Shown: positions 18,973 to 27,788 of the stretch, piece after piece
Position numbering within the stretch: position 1 is the stretch's first letter
How the letters are laid out: the number at the start of each line of letters is the position of its first letter
Assembly (NCBI GenBank): GCA_043818055.1
Contig: JBDRGF010000031.1
Location: 1-38,971, forward strand
Origin: Pseudomonadota bacterium
Lineage (GTDB): Bacteria > UBA10199 > 2-02-FULL-44-16 > JBDRGF01
Reading direction: 5' to 3'
DNA length: 38,971 nucleotides
Position numbers and translations under genes: made by a program
The notes under the pieces: generated by a model
What the model was told of the DNA's origin: nothing
Databases searched by the model: none
Seen by the model: the letters and a program-made list of their open reading frames with translations, nothing else

Positions 18973-19202
18973 ATTGATTTAAAACAGGCTGCTAAATCAT
19001 CAGGCCAGTCTTCAGAATAAACAATATACGCAATTCCGGAATATTTTTTAGATTTCTGGTGGATATCTTCGCGCCTGGGGCTGTGAGCTATGAGCTGACC
19101 TGTAAGTGGCGTGCCGGTTTTTTCATCGACTTCATCAACTGAAATCAACAGCCATTCATTATTATGTTTTTTCCTTATTTTTTCTATAGTTTCGTTCTTC
19201 AT
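18969..19202 (-). CDS. Small hypothetical protein (DUF5678-like) coupled to aspartyl protease
   Basis: 77 aa, KKHNNEWLLI...GQLIAHSPRREDI; 4-nt ATGA overlap with the protease gene. Confidence 0.7.
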   Translation of the reverse strand: MKNETIEKIRKKHNNEWLLISVDEVDEKTGTPLTGQLIAHSPRREDIHQKSKKYSGIAYIVYSEDWPDDLAACFKSI

Positions 19203-19212
19203 GTCTTTTAAT

Positions 19213-19241
19213 TTGATAACATTGGTTTTTCACAATGTCAA
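19213..19241 (-). promoter_or_regulatory. Putative sigma70 promoter for the small-protein/protease cassette
   Basis: Minus strand TTGACA-N17-TATCAA with extended TG, 10 nt upstream of ATG 19202. Confidence 0.55.
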
Positions 19242-19298
19242 TGTAGATGAAAATGTTGGGAGATGTGGATTGTAAACTGGATATTGTTAATTGGGTAT

Positions 19299-20711
19299 TT
19301 ACATTCCCTGTGGTTCATACGCCGGCATCTTGCTGCTCGACATTGCTGCGACTGCCAGATCCTTTCCGACCTTCCATGCTGTGCCCGGCATCTTGTGGCA
19401 TTCGATCATCACCTCTTCGAACGACTTAAGAAAATAATCCGCATGCTCATCTGTGATGATGAGAGGAGGCAGTATCTTGACGACGTTGATGTTGTGGCCG
19501 GCAACCTGAGTCAGGATCTTATAGTTCTTCATCAGCGGAATTACCACCATCTGTGCGAAGAGTCCTTTTTTCGCTGCCTGCAGCATCATCCAGCTCGCCT
19601 TGAGCTTCAATGATTTGGGGGAGCCAAACTCTATGGCGATCATCAGACCCTCTCCCCTAACGGCTTTTATCAGTTCAAATCTGTTTGCCATCTGGGTGAG
19701 CCCCATCCTGATCTTGTAGCCGATCGAAGCGGCGTGCTCGACGATGCCTTCTTCTTCGATCAGATCGAGGGTGGCCAGTCCCGCAGCCATGGCGAGCGTA
19801 TTTCTTCCGAATGTGTTGGAGTGAACGACGCACTCCTCCATATTTGAAAACACCTTCTTATATATATTTCTGCTGTAAGCGATCGCGCCGATCGGCACAA
19901 AGCCGCCGGAAAGAGCCTTCGCAACGGTGACGATATCCGGCTCGATCTCCCAGTGGTGATGCGCAAACATTTTTCCTGTTCTTCCAAAGCCTGTCTGCAC
20001 TTCATCGGCGATGAGAAGGGCACCATATTTTCTGCAGACCCTCTCAGCCTCTTTGTAAAAGTTGGGGTCGGGAATATTCACACCCTTTCCCTGTACCGGT
20101 TCGAAGATGAACGCAGCGACATCTCCTTTGGATAGCTCATGATTTAACGCGGTGAGATCGTTGAAGGGAATCATGGTTGCCCCCGGAAGTAGCGGACCAA
20201 AACCCTTTTTGAATTCATTGTTGCCATTGAGCGCGAGCGAGCCTGTTGTCAATCCGTGGAATGCATGATCCCAAAAGAGGATTCTCGGCTTTTGCGTCGC
20301 CTTTCTTGCAAATTTGATAGCGCCTTCGTTTGCCTCCGTTCCGGAGTTCGTCCAGAATATCATCTCGACCCTTCCTCCGATGAGGTTGACGAGCTTTTCG
20401 GCAAGCACTCCTGCCAGAAGTGGGGAATCCATCTGTACCATGTTGGGCAAATCGAGATCGAGAGCCTGTCTTATGGCATCCTTTATCTTTGGGTGATTTC
20501 TTCCGAGCGCGAAGACTCCATAGCCGGCCAGAAAGTCGAGATATTTATCCCCATTGCTATCATAGAGGTAAACTCCCTCTCCCTTTACATAGTTCTTATC
20601 AAAACCGATCGTCTTCAGGACGCGGGCAAGCTGTGTGTTTATAAAATTTCCGAAGAGCTGATGCTGCTTACCCTGATATCTGTTGACGATTTCTTTTAGG
20701 TCGAATGTCAT
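19299..20711 (-). CDS. hpnO: Class III aminotransferase, HpnO-like (aminobacteriohopanetriol synthesis)
   Basis: YLDFLAGYGVFALGRNHP, FEPVQGKGV, LIADEVQTGFGRTGK, AKALSGG (PLP Lys); hpnN neighbour. Confidence 0.8.
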   Translation of the reverse strand: MTFDLKEIVNRYQGKQHQLFGNFINTQLARVLKTIGFDKNYVKGEGVYLYDSNGDKYLDFLAGYGVFALGRNHPKIKDAIRQALDLDLPNMVQMDSPLLAGVLAEKLVNLIGGRVEMIFWTNSGTEANEGAIKFARKATQKPRILFWDHAFHGLTTGSLALNGNNEFKKGFGPLLPGATMIPFNDLTALNHELSKGDVAAFIFEPVQGKGVNIPDPNFYKEAERVCRKYGALLIADEVQTGFGRTGKMFAHHHWEIEPDIVTVAKALSGGFVPIGAIAYSRNIYKKVFSNMEECVVHSNTFGRNTLAMAAGLATLDLIEEEGIVEHAASIGYKIRMGLTQMANRFELIKAVRGEGLMIAIEFGSPKSLKLKASWMMLQAAKKGLFAQMVVIPLMKNYKILTQVAGHNINVVKILPPLIITDEHADYFLKSFEEVMIECHKMPGTAWKVGKDLAVAAMSSSKMPAYEPQGM

Positions 20712-20815
20712 CGTTCACCTCCGCTATGAGAGCGGCACTATCAGAAAGAGATAGCAAGCGCAAAGGAAAATTAAGATGCTTGACCAAACTTTCATCCTCG
20801 GTTAAACCTACGCAT

Positions 20816-21055
20816 ATGCCAAAGAAGAATAGTTCATTAGATACCGCTGTAGCTGAAGATCCACTTATTCAGGGACTTTTGGAGGCCAAAGGGAAGAGGG
20901 TGGAAGTCATCGCCTTCGGAATCGCCTATCAGGGAACGCTGCAGCAGATTGATCCCGATGAAGGAACTGTCGTCATAGTGTCAGGGGATGACAGGGCTAC
21001 ACTGGAACTCGAAAGAATCGAATCCTTATGCATTCTCAAAGACAATGGGGAATAA
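20816..21055 (+). CDS. Small hypothetical protein, possible Sm/LSm-like beta barrel
   Basis: 79 aa from ATG 20816; GKRVEVIAFGIAYQGTLQQID resembles an Sm1 pattern. Confidence 0.55.
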   Translation: MPKKNSSLDTAVAEDPLIQGLLEAKGKRVEVIAFGIAYQGTLQQIDPDEGTVVIVSGDDRATLELERIESLCILKDNGE

Positions 21056-21393
21056 TCCTCCCTCTTTTTATCGCCATTTTAATATCATCGACTGCGTTAT
21101 CCCTCGATGAGAATTTCTCGATATCGATAATCGGAACGACTCATTTTCAGGACGTCGCTGTGATCAAGAACGGGCTCGCAAATTTAAAGGGAAGGGTTTT
21201 GAATATCTATCCGGCTCAGGAGAACAAGGGGCTTGTGATATTGAGAGGGACCTATATTGGCGACATCAAAAACCTTCTTTATGATATTCGATCCCTATCC
21301 ATCGATCGCTTCAATGTGGAGGTCGTACAGTCAGATACCGTTCTCAACGTAAACTTGAGAAAGCTCACATCCGATATCCCTTCGAACGAATGA
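21028..21393 (+). CDS. Hypothetical exported protein
   Basis: N-terminal hydrophobic signal (IILPLFIAILISSTALS); overlaps the upstream ORF. Confidence 0.6.
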   Translation: MHSQRQWGIILPLFIAILISSTALSLDENFSISIIGTTHFQDVAVIKNGLANLKGRVLNIYPAQENKGLVILRGTYIGDIKNLLYDIRSLSIDRFNVEVVQSDTVLNVNLRKLTSDIPSNE

Positions 21394-21532
21394 AACAAAA
21401 TTAATATCTTCATAAAAATCAAATTATCATCACTTTTGTTGATCTGAGCAAAGTCTGTCGAGATCTTTTGTGCCTCTTAACATCTTGATTATTAATGTCT
21501 TTTTCCTAAATTCAATTTTCAAAAAAAAGTAC

Positions 21533-21560
21533 GCAACTTTTATCAAACTCATCCGATACA
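21533..21560 (+). promoter_or_regulatory. Putative sigma28-like promoter (GCAAC-N15-CCGATAC)
   Basis: GCAACTTTTATCAAACTCATCCGATACA, about 50 nt upstream of the porin ATG. Confidence 0.6.
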
Positions 21561-21609
21561 TATCTCGGGAAATGAAAACTTTTGGGGGATTCTTAAAAGG
21601 AGAAAGATA

Positions 21610-22758
21610 ATGAAGAAGGTATTAGCGTTTATCCTGTTGGTATCATTGATCATTCCATTTGTCGCATCCGCTGAAAGTGATGACATCGTTGGCTATCACA
21701 AAGGTTTTTTCATCAAGAGCCGCGATGGAAATTTCAAGCTGACAATCACGAGTAAGACGCGAGTCAAATGGCAGCTCTTGAGAACAACGAAAGAGAGTAC
21801 AAAACAGACATTTCGTATAAGGGGTGCAGATTTACAGTTCAAAGCTGACATCTACAAAAAATATTACACATTCTTAAAGCTTTATCACTCCACAAAGAGT
21901 CAATATTATTCAGGCGTCAATATTCTCTACGGCGGAATCGGTGCAAGATTCAGTCCTTACTTCAATCTTGAAGCGGGCATCGTTGATCTTCCATTGCAAT
22001 TTCCAAGTGGTGATTCACTCCTCTCTGAAGGTTCGCTCGTTGTTACTCAGGCAGATGGTCAAGTTGAGCTGACGCCACTACGTTCAAGCTTCGGTTCACC
22101 GACCGGCCTTGGCGTTTGGGCGGATGGTGGCATCGACAAGTTCTTCTATCAAGCAGCGGTGATCAATGGAAACGATGACCCTTATATTTTAAATGTCAAC
22201 AAGTGGGTATCTGCAGGTTTCCTGGTCGGTTATCATATTTTGGGAGATGCTAATACAAAAGATGATTACGCATGTTCAGTTACACCTCAGCTCACAGTCA
22301 CAAGCGGTTTTAACTATCAGGGCAAGAGATATCAGATGGATGCCACAAATACCAACGTTACCGCGAGGATCAACTATCTTCTGACCGGTTCGATGGGCGC
22401 GGGATTCAGGTATTCAGGTTTTTCGGCGACGGGTAACGCATTTTTAAGAAAGACTAATGTTCCATGGTCTAATCTGGTGTGGACGAGGTCGAATCTTACA
22501 GATTTCGGTTACTATTTAACGCTTGGCTATTACATCTTCCCGAAAAAGTTGCAGGCAGTTCTTCAGGGTGGACAGATCTTTCGTCAGGGACCGGATAATA
22601 ACTCCAATCAGCTGGGCGGTGGTTTGAACTACTACATTGTCGGACAGAATATCATGCTCACAGCCGATTACATCTGGACAGAGGATTATGATGATGTCGC
22701 CGGCAGAAAGAACAATCAGGAACATATGTTTGGCATCATGATGACAGCCAAGTTCTAA
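21610..22758 (+). CDS. Outer-membrane porin, OprO/OprP-like
   Basis: Signal peptide (ASA), N-terminal GYHKGFFIKSRDGNFKL typical of phosphate-selective porins, amphipathic strands, GGGLNYY, C-terminal Phe. Confidence 0.75.
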   Translation: MKKVLAFILLVSLIIPFVASAESDDIVGYHKGFFIKSRDGNFKLTITSKTRVKWQLLRTTKESTKQTFRIRGADLQFKADIYKKYYTFLKLYHSTKSQYYSGVNILYGGIGARFSPYFNLEAGIVDLPLQFPSGDSLLSEGSLVVTQADGQVELTPLRSSFGSPTGLGVWADGGIDKFFYQAAVINGNDDPYILNVNKWVSAGFLVGYHILGDANTKDDYACSVTPQLTVTSGFNYQGKRYQMDATNTNVTARINYLLTGSMGAGFRYSGFSATGNAFLRKTNVPWSNLVWTRSNLTDFGYYLTLGYYIFPKKLQAVLQGGQIFRQGPDNNSNQLGGGLNYYIVGQNIMLTADYIWTEDYDDVAGRKNNQEHMFGIMMTAKF

Positions 22759-22779
22759 CATTTACAACATAGATATTTT

Positions 22780-22813
22780 AAAAGCGCTCTCTTCACGAGG
22801 GCGTTTTTTTTTT
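22780..22813 (+). terminator. Intrinsic (likely bidirectional) terminator
   Basis: AAAAGCGCTCTC-ttcac-GAGGGCGTTTTTTTTTT between convergent genes. Confidence 0.75.
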
Positions 22814-22833
22814 GTGCGCGGCACAAGTGGAGC

Positions 22834-23967
22834 TTAATGTATAGGTGAGCCATACTGATTGACGTCGATATACCGGTCGCCACTTCGCGGCCTTAACTGG
22901 ATATCCACTTTTTCTCCGGTCCCGGCCGATTTGATTGTCACAGTTACATCGTTGTCTCCGCGGCTCGACAATACATACTGATAATAAGGATCCGACACAC
23001 GATAGTTATCTGAGTTAGGTATATACCAGAGGCTTTGCGGCACAAATGTGCCCACGCCCTCGCCGTTGATCTTAACCAAAGTATCGCCAATTTTTATACC
23101 TTTTTCTGCCGCTGGAGAATTAGGCTCGACATAGCGGATGACGCGCCAGTTATCAGGAGCAAAACCAAGACCTAGCCAGCCGTAGCGAAAATGTCTCACA
23201 AAACGTACCGGTGCTTGAGGTGATTGTGCTGGGAATTCTTCAATGAGTTCGTTGAACATGACCGGCGCAACACTGCGGATATCCGAATTGTAACCCTCGG
23301 TGTCGGCTTCACCTAACCATATTATCGGTGGAGTTTCAAGCTTTGCGGCTTTGGTCAGCCTGGCACGGTTCAAAAAATTAAGTCTGATATTGGTGTAATA
23401 GCTGATCGTTGTATAACCGGGCGTGGTAGTGGAAGTTGTGACTGGAACCTGCGAACTAAAGCCTGCGGCACTCCATCCGACAAAGCCGGTATTCCAGACA
23501 GATTTGATCTCTGTGTTTGTAACTGTCGCCGGTGGTGTATATTGTTCTCTCTTTCCAAGGAAGAAATTCATACTGATGACAATCTGAGGATTCTTCTGGT
23601 TTCGCGTGAATCCATGTTTCTGTAAAACTTTTTCCAGTTGTCCGAAGAGCTCTTTTTCAAGAAGGGGATTTGCTTTATTCGTATAGTCAAAATTGTAAGT
23701 ATTGAATGAGGCGAGCGGTTCTTCATTATCTCTGTAGGCCTTGATGTTTATCGCTTCAGTGGGAAAGACGACGGGAAAATCCTGTGAAGCGGGATCGGAA
23801 GTATAATTAGCCAGGGTCAGCATTAAATCAGCTTCGGTTTTATATTGAGTTTTGGGATCGACAGCGGTTTTGCTATGCCCGGCACCGCCCGTCGTCATAC
23901 AGGCCACAAACACCAGCCCAATACAGCAGATTAAAAACACAGCTTTTAAAATGTTTTTATTGATCAT
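22834..23967 (-). CDS. Lipoprotein with DUF4136-like domain and C-terminal PDZ domain
   Basis: Lipobox FVAC; FNTYNF...LQKHGF...PQIVI; PDZ GWLGLGF...VEPNSPAAEKGIKIGDTLVKING. Confidence 0.75.
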   Translation of the reverse strand: MINKNILKAVFLICCIGLVFVACMTTGGAGHSKTAVDPKTQYKTEADLMLTLANYTSDPASQDFPVVFPTEAINIKAYRDNEEPLASFNTYNFDYTNKANPLLEKELFGQLEKVLQKHGFTRNQKNPQIVISMNFFLGKREQYTPPATVTNTEIKSVWNTGFVGWSAAGFSSQVPVTTSTTTPGYTTISYYTNIRLNFLNRARLTKAAKLETPPIIWLGEADTEGYNSDIRSVAPVMFNELIEEFPAQSPQAPVRFVRHFRYGWLGLGFAPDNWRVIRYVEPNSPAAEKGIKIGDTLVKINGEGVGTFVPQSLWYIPNSDNYRVSDPYYQYVLSSRGDNDVTVTIKSAGTGEKVDIQLRPRSGDRYIDVNQYGSPIH

Positions 23968-24263
23968 AACCCCCCCCGATAATTTAAGGACTTTATACCC
24001 CTATTTTCTAAAATCGTAAACAAGATTGTAACACCTGACCTGCTTCATCGTGGGAGGATTATTAATAAAAGCATTTCAACATTGGGAAAACCATGATGGT
24101 GGAAGGCTGGTCCTCAAGGGCACTCGCAGGACTGGCGTTGGCACAAAACCGCGCGGATACAATTTGAATTGTGACACAGTCTCTGATTTTCCACTATCAC
24201 GATCAGATATTTCATCTTGTATTCATTAATAAATAAGAGTAAGAAGCTACAAAATTAATTGAG

Positions 24264-24345
24264 ACTGCTAGGGGTGCTCCTTATGCGGGAGCTGAGATAA
24301 GACCCTTATCACTTGATCCGGATAATGCCGGCGAAGGGAAGCGGA
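24264..24345 (+). ncRNA. TPP riboswitch
   Basis: CTAGGGGTGC...GCTGAGA...ACCCTT...ACTTGATCCGGATAATGCCGGCGAAGGGAAG, upstream of thi genes. Confidence 0.95.
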
Positions 24346-24365
24346 TAGACTGTTGATTCAGTTAT

Positions 24366-24390
24366 GCCACCCACGTCGGGTGGTTTTTTA
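24366..24390 (+). terminator. Terminator of TPP riboswitch platform
   Basis: GCCACCC-acgtc-GGGTGGT followed by a T-run. Confidence 0.75.
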
Positions 24391-24548
24391 TTACCACCCA
24401 AAGCATTCCTCCTAGTGCTTCGTCAATTTAATTTCCACCGGTGGAAATATGATAATATTAAATTGTTACGAGCACTTGTGCCCTTCCTCAGTATAAAAAA
24501 TTTAATAGATGAGGTGCTAAGCATCTCTACAAACCAAAGGAGGAACTC

Positions 24549-25313
24549 ATGTTCCAAAATATCAGTGAAGCACAGATCAGTAAGGCAATCGTCGGTGAAT
24601 TTAACGAGTGGTTTCAGGATTATATCATTTCAGATGTAATCATTGTTGGTGGTGGCCCAAGTGGTCTTATCGCCGCAAGAGATCTCGCAAATTCAGGAAT
24701 GAAGACGCTTGTAGTTGAAGCTAATAATTATATCGGCGGTGGTTTTTGGGTCGGTGGTTATTTAATGAACACACTAACGTTTAGATCTCCTTCTAATGAA
24801 ATCCTCGATGAGCTTAAAATTCCATACAAAAGGGCAGATGAAGGACTATTTACAGCAAACGGCCCTCACGCATGTTCAAAGCTTATCTCTGCCGCATGTG
24901 AAGCTGGCGCGAAAATATTAAACTTAACTAGTTTCGATGATGTAGTCTACCGTAATGGAAAAGTTGAAGGAGTTGTAATAAACTGGACTCCTGTCAAAAG
25001 TATGCCAAGACAAATCACTTGTGTAGATCCAATATCGATAGAAGCTAAAATAGTAATTGATGCCACTGGTCACGATGCACATGTCTGTCGAAGTTTAGAG
25101 AAAAGAAAAATAATCAAGTTAGTTGGTTTTGGACCAATGGATGCAGATAGTTCCGAATCACTCGTTGTAGAGAAGACTGGCTTTATTCATCCAGGCCTTG
25201 TCGTAACAGGTATGGCGGTTTCGACTGCATACGGTGTTCCACGCATGGGCCCAACTTTTGGTGGGATGTTATTTTCAGGCAGAAAAGCAGCTAAGGCTAT
25301 TAAAGAGTTATGA
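24549..25313 (+). CDS. thi4: Thi4-family thiazole (ADT) synthase, Cys-type
   Basis: DVIIVGGGPSGL, GGGFWVGG, TCVDP (Cys158), IDATGHDA, PRMGPTFGGM. Confidence 0.93.
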   Translation: MFQNISEAQISKAIVGEFNEWFQDYIISDVIIVGGGPSGLIAARDLANSGMKTLVVEANNYIGGGFWVGGYLMNTLTFRSPSNEILDELKIPYKRADEGLFTANGPHACSKLISAACEAGAKILNLTSFDDVVYRNGKVEGVVINWTPVKSMPRQITCVDPISIEAKIVIDATGHDAHVCRSLEKRKIIKLVGFGPMDADSSESLVVEKTGFIHPGLVVTGMAVSTAYGVPRMGPTFGGMLFSGRKAAKAIKEL

Positions 25314-26335
25314 ACACGTTCATTCGAATTATAGATGTAAACCTTAATCGCCTGCGAGAGGGATTGCGACTTCTTGAAGATGTTGCACGTTTTATAATTG
25401 AAGATGATGTTTTAACTTTTAAATTAAAAGAGTTTCGTCATAAGATAAAAAATCTTATTAAAGAAGATCTAATCTCTCATCGGAATAGTATAAATGATTT
25501 TGGTAAAAATATTCACACAGAAGAAGAGCTTAGTAGGTCTGGTTTGCTTGATTTGACTTGCACCTCTTTTAAACGAGTTCAAGAGTCGCTTCGAGTTTTA
25601 GAGGAAATTGTAAAAGTTACAAATAGTAATTCTGCAATTTCATTTAAAAATTTGAGATTTGAAGCGTACGATCTTGAGAAGTTCTTCGTTAAATCAATTG
25701 TCCCCTTTGTGCGCAAAAAAGTACCCAATCCACTGCTTTATTTAGTTCTTTCTTTAGAGGATTGCGGTGACAACGATCCACTGGAAATTGCCGAAATAGG
25801 GCTATCTGCCGGCGTTAAAATGTTGCAACTCAGATGGAAAATTTTGCCAGACTGCAAAATTCTAGAGCTTGGAAAAAAACTAAAATCAATTTGTAATCAA
25901 TATAATGCTCTATTCATTGTAAATGACCGTCCAGATATCGCGCTCTTGCTTAAATCAGACGGCCTTCACCTTGGTCAAGATGATATCAAGCCTTCTATAG
26001 CCAGAAAAATTGTCGGTAGTGAAGCGGTAATAGGTCTATCGTGTCATAACATAAAACAATTAAAAAAAGCGCATAGTGAGCCAATAGACTATGTAGGAGT
26101 AGGCCCAATCTTTTTCACAAAGACAAAAAGAAATCCATCTCCTACAACGGGAGCTGGGCTTCTAGCAGAGATTCACAATATCAAAATTCCCGCAGTGGCA
26201 ATCGGAGGCATTACGCCAAAAAATCTAAATGAAATAGTTCAGTTTGGATGTCGTAGAGCAGCAGTGGTTACTGGAATCACAATGGCCGCTGACATTAGAC
26301 TTAAAACAAAAGAATATTTGGAGGTATTACAGTGA
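25310..26335 (+). CDS. thiE: Thiamine-phosphate synthase with N-terminal ThiD2-type helical domain
   Basis: N-terminal RIIDVNLNRLREGLRLLED...RVQESLRVLEE; C-terminal QLRWK, NDRPD, HLGQDD, AIGGI. Confidence 0.92.
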   Translation: MNTFIRIIDVNLNRLREGLRLLEDVARFIIEDDVLTFKLKEFRHKIKNLIKEDLISHRNSINDFGKNIHTEEELSRSGLLDLTCTSFKRVQESLRVLEEIVKVTNSNSAISFKNLRFEAYDLEKFFVKSIVPFVRKKVPNPLLYLVLSLEDCGDNDPLEIAEIGLSAGVKMLQLRWKILPDCKILELGKKLKSICNQYNALFIVNDRPDIALLLKSDGLHLGQDDIKPSIARKIVGSEAVIGLSCHNIKQLKKAHSEPIDYVGVGPIFFTKTKRNPSPTTGAGLLAEIHNIKIPAVAIGGITPKNLNEIVQFGCRRAAVVTGITMAADIRLKTKEYLEVLQ

Positions 26336-27258
26336 CTCAACTTTCAGCAGCAAAACACGGTGTTACTACAAATGAAATGATAGAAGTATCAAAGTATGAA
26401 GGGATTCCAGTAACTAAAGTCAGAGATTCGATTGCTGATGGGAATATAGTAATCCCGTACAATCCTAAGCATGCACCAAGTAGAGTGCGCGCTATCGGAG
26501 AAGGAACGAGGGTTAAAGTTAATGTTAATCTTGGAACATCCGAAAATAATGTCGACTTAGATCTTGAACTGAAAAAAATTGAACTTGCACAAAACTTAGG
26601 GGCTGATGCAGTCATGGACTTAAGTACCAGCGGCGATTTAAAAATGATTAGAAGCGAAATCCTCTCAAGATCTGAAATTCCAGTTGGGACGGTCCCTTTA
26701 TATGAAATTTTTGAGCTGGCAAAAAGTCGTGATGGTGATTTTGCTGACATGTCCATAGATGACATCTTTGAAGTAATAGCCCGGCAAGCTGAAGATGGAG
26801 TCGATTTTATGACAATACATGCCGGTATCAATCGATCTAGTTTAGAGAAATTGCACAAACAAGAAAGAATTTTAGGTGTTGTAAGTCGGGGAGGTGCTCT
26901 GCTTTCCTATTGGATGAAAAAAAATAATAAAGAAAACCCACTATTCGAACATTATGATGATTTATTAAATATTATGGCAGACTATGATGTGACTCTGAGT
27001 TTGGGTGACGCGCTTCGTCCAGGTTGCATCAATGACGCAACAGACAGAGGGCAAATGGAAGAATTGCTCATACTTGGAGAAATGGCAGACAGGGCTCGCG
27101 ATAAAAATGTGCAGGTAATAATAGAAGGTCCGGGACATATTCCACTCGACCAGATTGCTTTAAATATCAAAATTCAAAAGTGTGTCAGTCGAAACACGCC
27201 TTTCTACGTTTGTACGATGTGTGGCAACTTCTGTGCAATCAAACTAGGCCAATCTTAA
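26332..27258 (+). pseudogene. thiC: Phosphomethylpyrimidine synthase ThiC with internal in-frame deletion (or assembly collapse)
   Basis: KVNVNLGTS, MDLS, GTVP, HAG, VSRGG, SLGDALRPG, EGPGH present, but PFYV is joined directly to the terminal CTMCGNFC. Only 308 aa versus roughly 420-440 for short-type ThiC. Confidence 0.8.
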
Positions 27259-27369
27259 AAAATCAATTATGACATAGCCTCGTTGTTCAGGATGACATCT
27301 ACAAGGCGTTTTTCAACAGCCCTTTGTTCTTATCAAACGCAGGACGGGCGTCGGCTGATAAACCATATT

Positions 27370-27654
27370 TTATTTATTTTTTCTCTTACTTAGATTTTTC
27401 AACATTTCCAGCTCACCTTTTATTAAAGCTTCTTTTTTTGCGCGGGACCAGCGTTTGAGCTGGGATTCACGTTTGAGAGCATCCATTTTATTTTCAAATT
27501 TTTCATGATGAAGAAGTTTTACAGGTCTTTTAATACGGGTATTGTGACCTCCACTGCCTTGATTGTGTTCCTTAATGCGTTGTTCGAGGTTAGTCGTGTA
27601 ACCGATATAGTAAGAATTGTCTGAACATTGAAGAATATAAACAGTATGTTTCAT
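27370..27654 (-). CDS. Small GIY-YIG nuclease (UPF0213-like)
   Basis: VYILQCSDNSYYIGYTTNLEQRIKEHNQG...ALKRESQLKRWSRAKKEALI. Confidence 0.92.
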   Translation of the reverse strand: MKHTVYILQCSDNSYYIGYTTNLEQRIKEHNQGSGGHNTRIKRPVKLLHHEKFENKMDALKRESQLKRWSRAKKEALIKGELEMLKNLSKRKNK

Positions 27655-27659
27655 ATGTG

Positions 27660-27788
27660 CCCTTCGACTCGTCGCTTTGCTCCTCGCTCAGGACCATTCG
27701 ACGCTAATGACTTGGATTTTCCCTTATCACAGGGCTGCGCCATGAGCAAGCCCCTACCAGCTTTTGCTGGCAGGGGCGCGTCGAATGG
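27660..27788. repeat. REP-like palindromic cluster between GIY-YIG gene and tRNA 3' end
   Basis: CCCTTCGACTC...CGCTCAGG; CCATTCGACGC (27694-27704) is the inverse of GCGTCGAATGG (27778-27788); internal hairpin GCCCCT.CCAGC-tttt-GCTGG.AGGGGC. Confidence 0.65.

Noticed and set aside
23975..23983. CCGATAAT near the DUF4136/PDZ gene
   Set aside because: Wrong strand for that gene, overlaps its RBS complement, and has no GCAAC box upstream.
24118..24135. GGCACTCGCAGGACTGG resembling the tRNA-Asn 3' end (possible att duplication)
   Set aside because: Only 8 contiguous identical bases (CGCAGGAC) and no integrase; compatible with chance.
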